A DNA stretch of 17,238 nucleotides from Chlamydiae bacterium RIFCSPHIGHO2_12_FULL_49_11 (GTDB taxonomy: Bacteria > Chlamydiota > Chlamydiia > Chlamydiales > 2-12-FULL-49-11). Made by a program: the position numbers and the translations under genes. Positions 15,915 to 17,238 of the stretch are shown in pieces. Under the pieces are notes generated by a model, which was not told where the DNA came from, searched no databases, and saw only the letters and a program-made list of their open reading frames with translations. Every line of letters begins with the position of its first letter. Positions within the stretch are counted from its first letter, which is position 1. The stretch spans positions 1 through 17,238 of the forward strand of contig MGLW01000039.1 in the NCBI GenBank assembly GCA_001794905.1, in the 5' to 3' direction.

Positions 15915-15933
15915 TGGAAATTCGTGTTATCAT
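15904..15933 (+). promoter_or_regulatory. Putative promoter of rsgA-eno
   Basis: TTGAGT(15904-15909)-18 bp-TATCAT(15928-15933) with an extended -10 TG at 15925-15926. The ATG at 15941 follows after 7 nt. Confidence 0.5.
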
Positions 15934-15940
15934 TGCCGGC

Positions 15941-16978
15941 ATGAATGAAGATGACCTTTACTTCAAGCCTCCCAATAAAGAGGAAAAGCACTTCAAGAAG
16001 CGGCTGCAAAAAAAAGATCGGATCGTGCCCCGGCAAACATCCAAAAAAAACAGCCCGACTTCTCTCTCCAAGCCCCATGATACGGGACAGGTGATTGCGA
16101 TCGGACCGGGCCATGTACTTCTTAGGCGGGGAGGAGAGCTCATCCAAAGTTCGCTCCGGGGAAAATTGAAAAAACATTTCACCGCCGAAAAAAATCTGCT
16201 CGCCGCCGGCGACCTGGTGCGGCTCGATAACGACCTCCTCATCGCAGAGGTCCTCCCCCGCCGCTCGGTCCTCCAACGAAAGGACAACCTGTCCCGCAAA
16301 AAAAATCAGACGATTGCTGCCAATGCCGACCAGTGCTTTATCACCGTTTCCATTCAAAGCCCCTCTCTCAAGCCGGCCCTTATTGACCGGTATCTCATCA
16401 CATGCAGCATGGGAAACATGATACCCATTATCGTGATCAATAAAATCGACCTCCTCCCGGACGGCGACTGGCAACATTGCATGCGGACCTATACACGGGC
16501 AGGCTTTACCTGCGTTGCCGCCAGTGCCAAAACTCTAGAAGGGATTGAATCCCTGAAAAACCTCCTTGCCGGCAAACTATCGGTATTTTCAGGACAATCG
16601 GGGGTTGGAAAAACGTCCCTCATCAACATCGTGTGCGAAACCGATTTCAAAACGAGTGAGATTGTAGCTCAAACACAAAAGGGAGCTCATACCACTTCCG
16701 CCGCTCTCATCATCCCCCTCAAAGAAGGTGAAGGTGCCGTGATCGATACCCCCGGCATCAAAAGTTTCGCCTTGGCCAAAGTGGACAAGACATCTCTCCT
16801 CGACTATTATCCCGATTTACAAAAATTTGCCTCCCGGTGTAAATATCCGAGATGTACGCATATGCACGAGCCCGGTTGCGGTGTGATTGCCGCCATAGAA
16901 GCCGGCGAGCTCGATCCGATGCGGTACGAATCGTATAGTAAAATTCGGGAGTCGAATGACGAAGATCCGGTCGGTTAA
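15941..16978 (+). CDS. rsgA: Small ribosomal subunit biogenesis GTPase RsgA
   Basis: Circularly permuted GTPase: NKID (G4), SAKT, GQSGVGKT (G1), GAHTT (G2), DTPG (G3), zinc finger CKYPRCTHMHEPGC, OB-fold N-terminus. Start is 15941 or 15914 (ORF track). Confidence 0.95.
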   Translation: MNEDDLYFKPPNKEEKHFKKRLQKKDRIVPRQTSKKNSPTSLSKPHDTGQVIAIGPGHVLLRRGGELIQSSLRGKLKKHFTAEKNLLAAGDLVRLDNDLLIAEVLPRRSVLQRKDNLSRKKNQTIAANADQCFITVSIQSPSLKPALIDRYLITCSMGNMIPIIVINKIDLLPDGDWQHCMRTYTRAGFTCVAASAKTLEGIESLKNLLAGKLSVFSGQSGVGKTSLINIVCETDFKTSEIVAQTQKGAHTTSAALIIPLKEGEGAVIDTPGIKSFALAKVDKTSLLDYYPDLQKFASRCKYPRCTHMHEPGCGVIAAIEAGELDPMRYESYSKIRESNDEDPVG

Positions 16979-17238
16979 AGCGCTAGAAATTCTTGATTCT
17001 CGGGGACAACCGACGATCTATTTGAGACTGACCACGACAGGAGGCCATATCGGAGAGGCGCGCATCCCGTCGGGGGCCTCAACCGGCTCCAAAGAGGCAC
17101 TTGAACTGAGGGACAAAGATCCGCACCGATACCTCGGCAAGGGAGTGACAAAAGCGGTCCGGTACGCGGAGGGCCCTTTATTTCGTGCCGTGGAAGGAAT
17201 GTCGGTTTTTGACCAGGCAGCCGTTGATGCACAGCTGA
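16956..17238 (+). CDS. eno: Enolase (5' part, runs off the window)
   Basis: Not in the ORF track. GGGAG RBS, then ATG 16956: MTKIRSVKALEILDSRGQPTI...IPSGASTGSKEALELRDKDPHRYLGKGVTKAV...VFDQAAVDAQL. Overlaps the rsgA end by 23 nt. Confidence 0.97.
   Translation, partial: MTKIRSVKALEILDSRGQPTIYLRLTTTGGHIGEARIPSGASTGSKEALELRDKDPHRYLGKGVTKAVRYAEGPLFRAVEGMSVFDQAAVDAQL

Noticed and set aside
15832-15942. 37-aa N-terminal extension of RsbU that would overlap rsgA head to head
   Set aside because: The RBS and the position of TM1 favour ATG 15831. The extension runs through the promoter region.
16975-17232. 85-aa minus-strand ORF in the track
   Set aside because: Antisense to the enolase 5' region, which is the real gene.

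Overview
Mostly core-genome window from a bacterium that is very probably an environmental member of the Chlamydiae. The evidence is a DUF2709-type gene next to tsaE and a dnaQ-like exonuclease, a chlamydial-type RsbU phosphatase close to eno, and a leucine dehydrogenase. Housekeeping genes: argS, ldh, DUF2709-tsaE-engB-dnaQ-like-pgk, gmd, cca, rsbU, rsgA and the 5' end of eno (absent from the ORF track). Accessory features between them: (i) a probable frameshifted orphan gene behind argS (10-754); (ii) a tail-anchored protein with two tandem Nse2/Mms21-like SP-RING/U-box zinc fingers (3666-4406), a candidate eukaryote-like SUMO/ubiquitin E3 effector and the most interesting item here; (iii) an AT-rich two-gene operon (a signal-peptide protein with a degenerate EEP fragment, plus a two-lobed retropepsin-like aspartic protease) whose predicted promoter takes its -35 box from an 82-bp TA-flanked MITE-like hairpin (5910-5991); (iv) a 2OG-Fe(II) oxygenase-fold protein with a non-canonical E-H-D metal motif; (v) a GDP-mannose 4,6-dehydratase with an apparent signal peptide, followed by two exported paralogs. 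A perfect 12-bp inverted repeat lies in the divergent rsbU/rsgA promoter region, and rsgA may be leaderless. No rRNA, tRNA, CRISPR array or transposase gene was seen. All family calls come from motif reading by eye, not from database searches.
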